Shown here piece by piece: positions 63,831-64,000 of a DNA stretch of 64,000 nt (its first letter is position 1; each line of letters opens with the position of its first letter). Below the pieces are notes generated by a model, which worked only from the letters and a program-made list of their open reading frames with translations, ran no database searches and was not told the origin of the DNA. Source of the stretch: an uncultured Acidobacteriota bacterium (lineage in GTDB: Bacteria; Acidobacteriota; Vicinamibacteria; Fen-336); NCBI GenBank assembly GCA_963720545.1, contig OY970399.1:1-64000 (forward strand), given 5' to 3'. The translations under genes and the position numbers were made by a program.

Positions 63831-64000
63831 TCACCCTCACGCGTCTAAGGGGGATACAGGTTTGAAAAGGGGATAGCGAATGAAGAACTCGGGTCTCAAG
63901 GCGCTGCGGACGCTGCCGGTTGCTCTGGTTGTCGCAGGATCGCTTACTAGTGGCGAGGTGGTGGGCGCGGAGCGACACTTGGCTCTTCCGGCGAAGAAAA

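Overview
High-GC bacterial chromosome segment, most likely Acidobacteriota (Vicinamibacteria-like), inferred from an orphan ADOP-type duplicated permease and an Oar-like TonB-dependent receptor. Layout: tRNA-Lys at the left edge; an accessory patchwork (about 0.1-26.9 kb) ending at tRNA-Glu; a core block (27-57.4 kb) with cbpA-like, csgG-like and pgsA genes, an exopolysaccharide/LPS cluster (UXS, wcaJ, four GT4, GT2, ugd, galE, msbA-like) and yicC-gmk-rpoZ-coaBC-udg-priA, HU, der, ihfA, merR and two tRNA-Pro; then accessory enzymes to the right edge. Best candidates for something new: (1) a TIR NADase fused to a Cap15-like beta-barrel, tightly linked to a signal-less AmiC/UrtA-type ligand-binding protein with no cyclase, ABC transporter or ANTAR partner, behind a repeat and palindrome leader; (2) an acetoacetyl-CoA-synthetase-type A domain fused to carrier and thioesterase domains; (3) a 1.4-kb integrase-less element in tRNA-Glu whose ends rebuild a symmetric 46-bp serine-integrase-like attP. 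Five genes, including priA, are each broken by one extra base, which points to assembly error. All calls come from motif recognition by eye; no searches were run.
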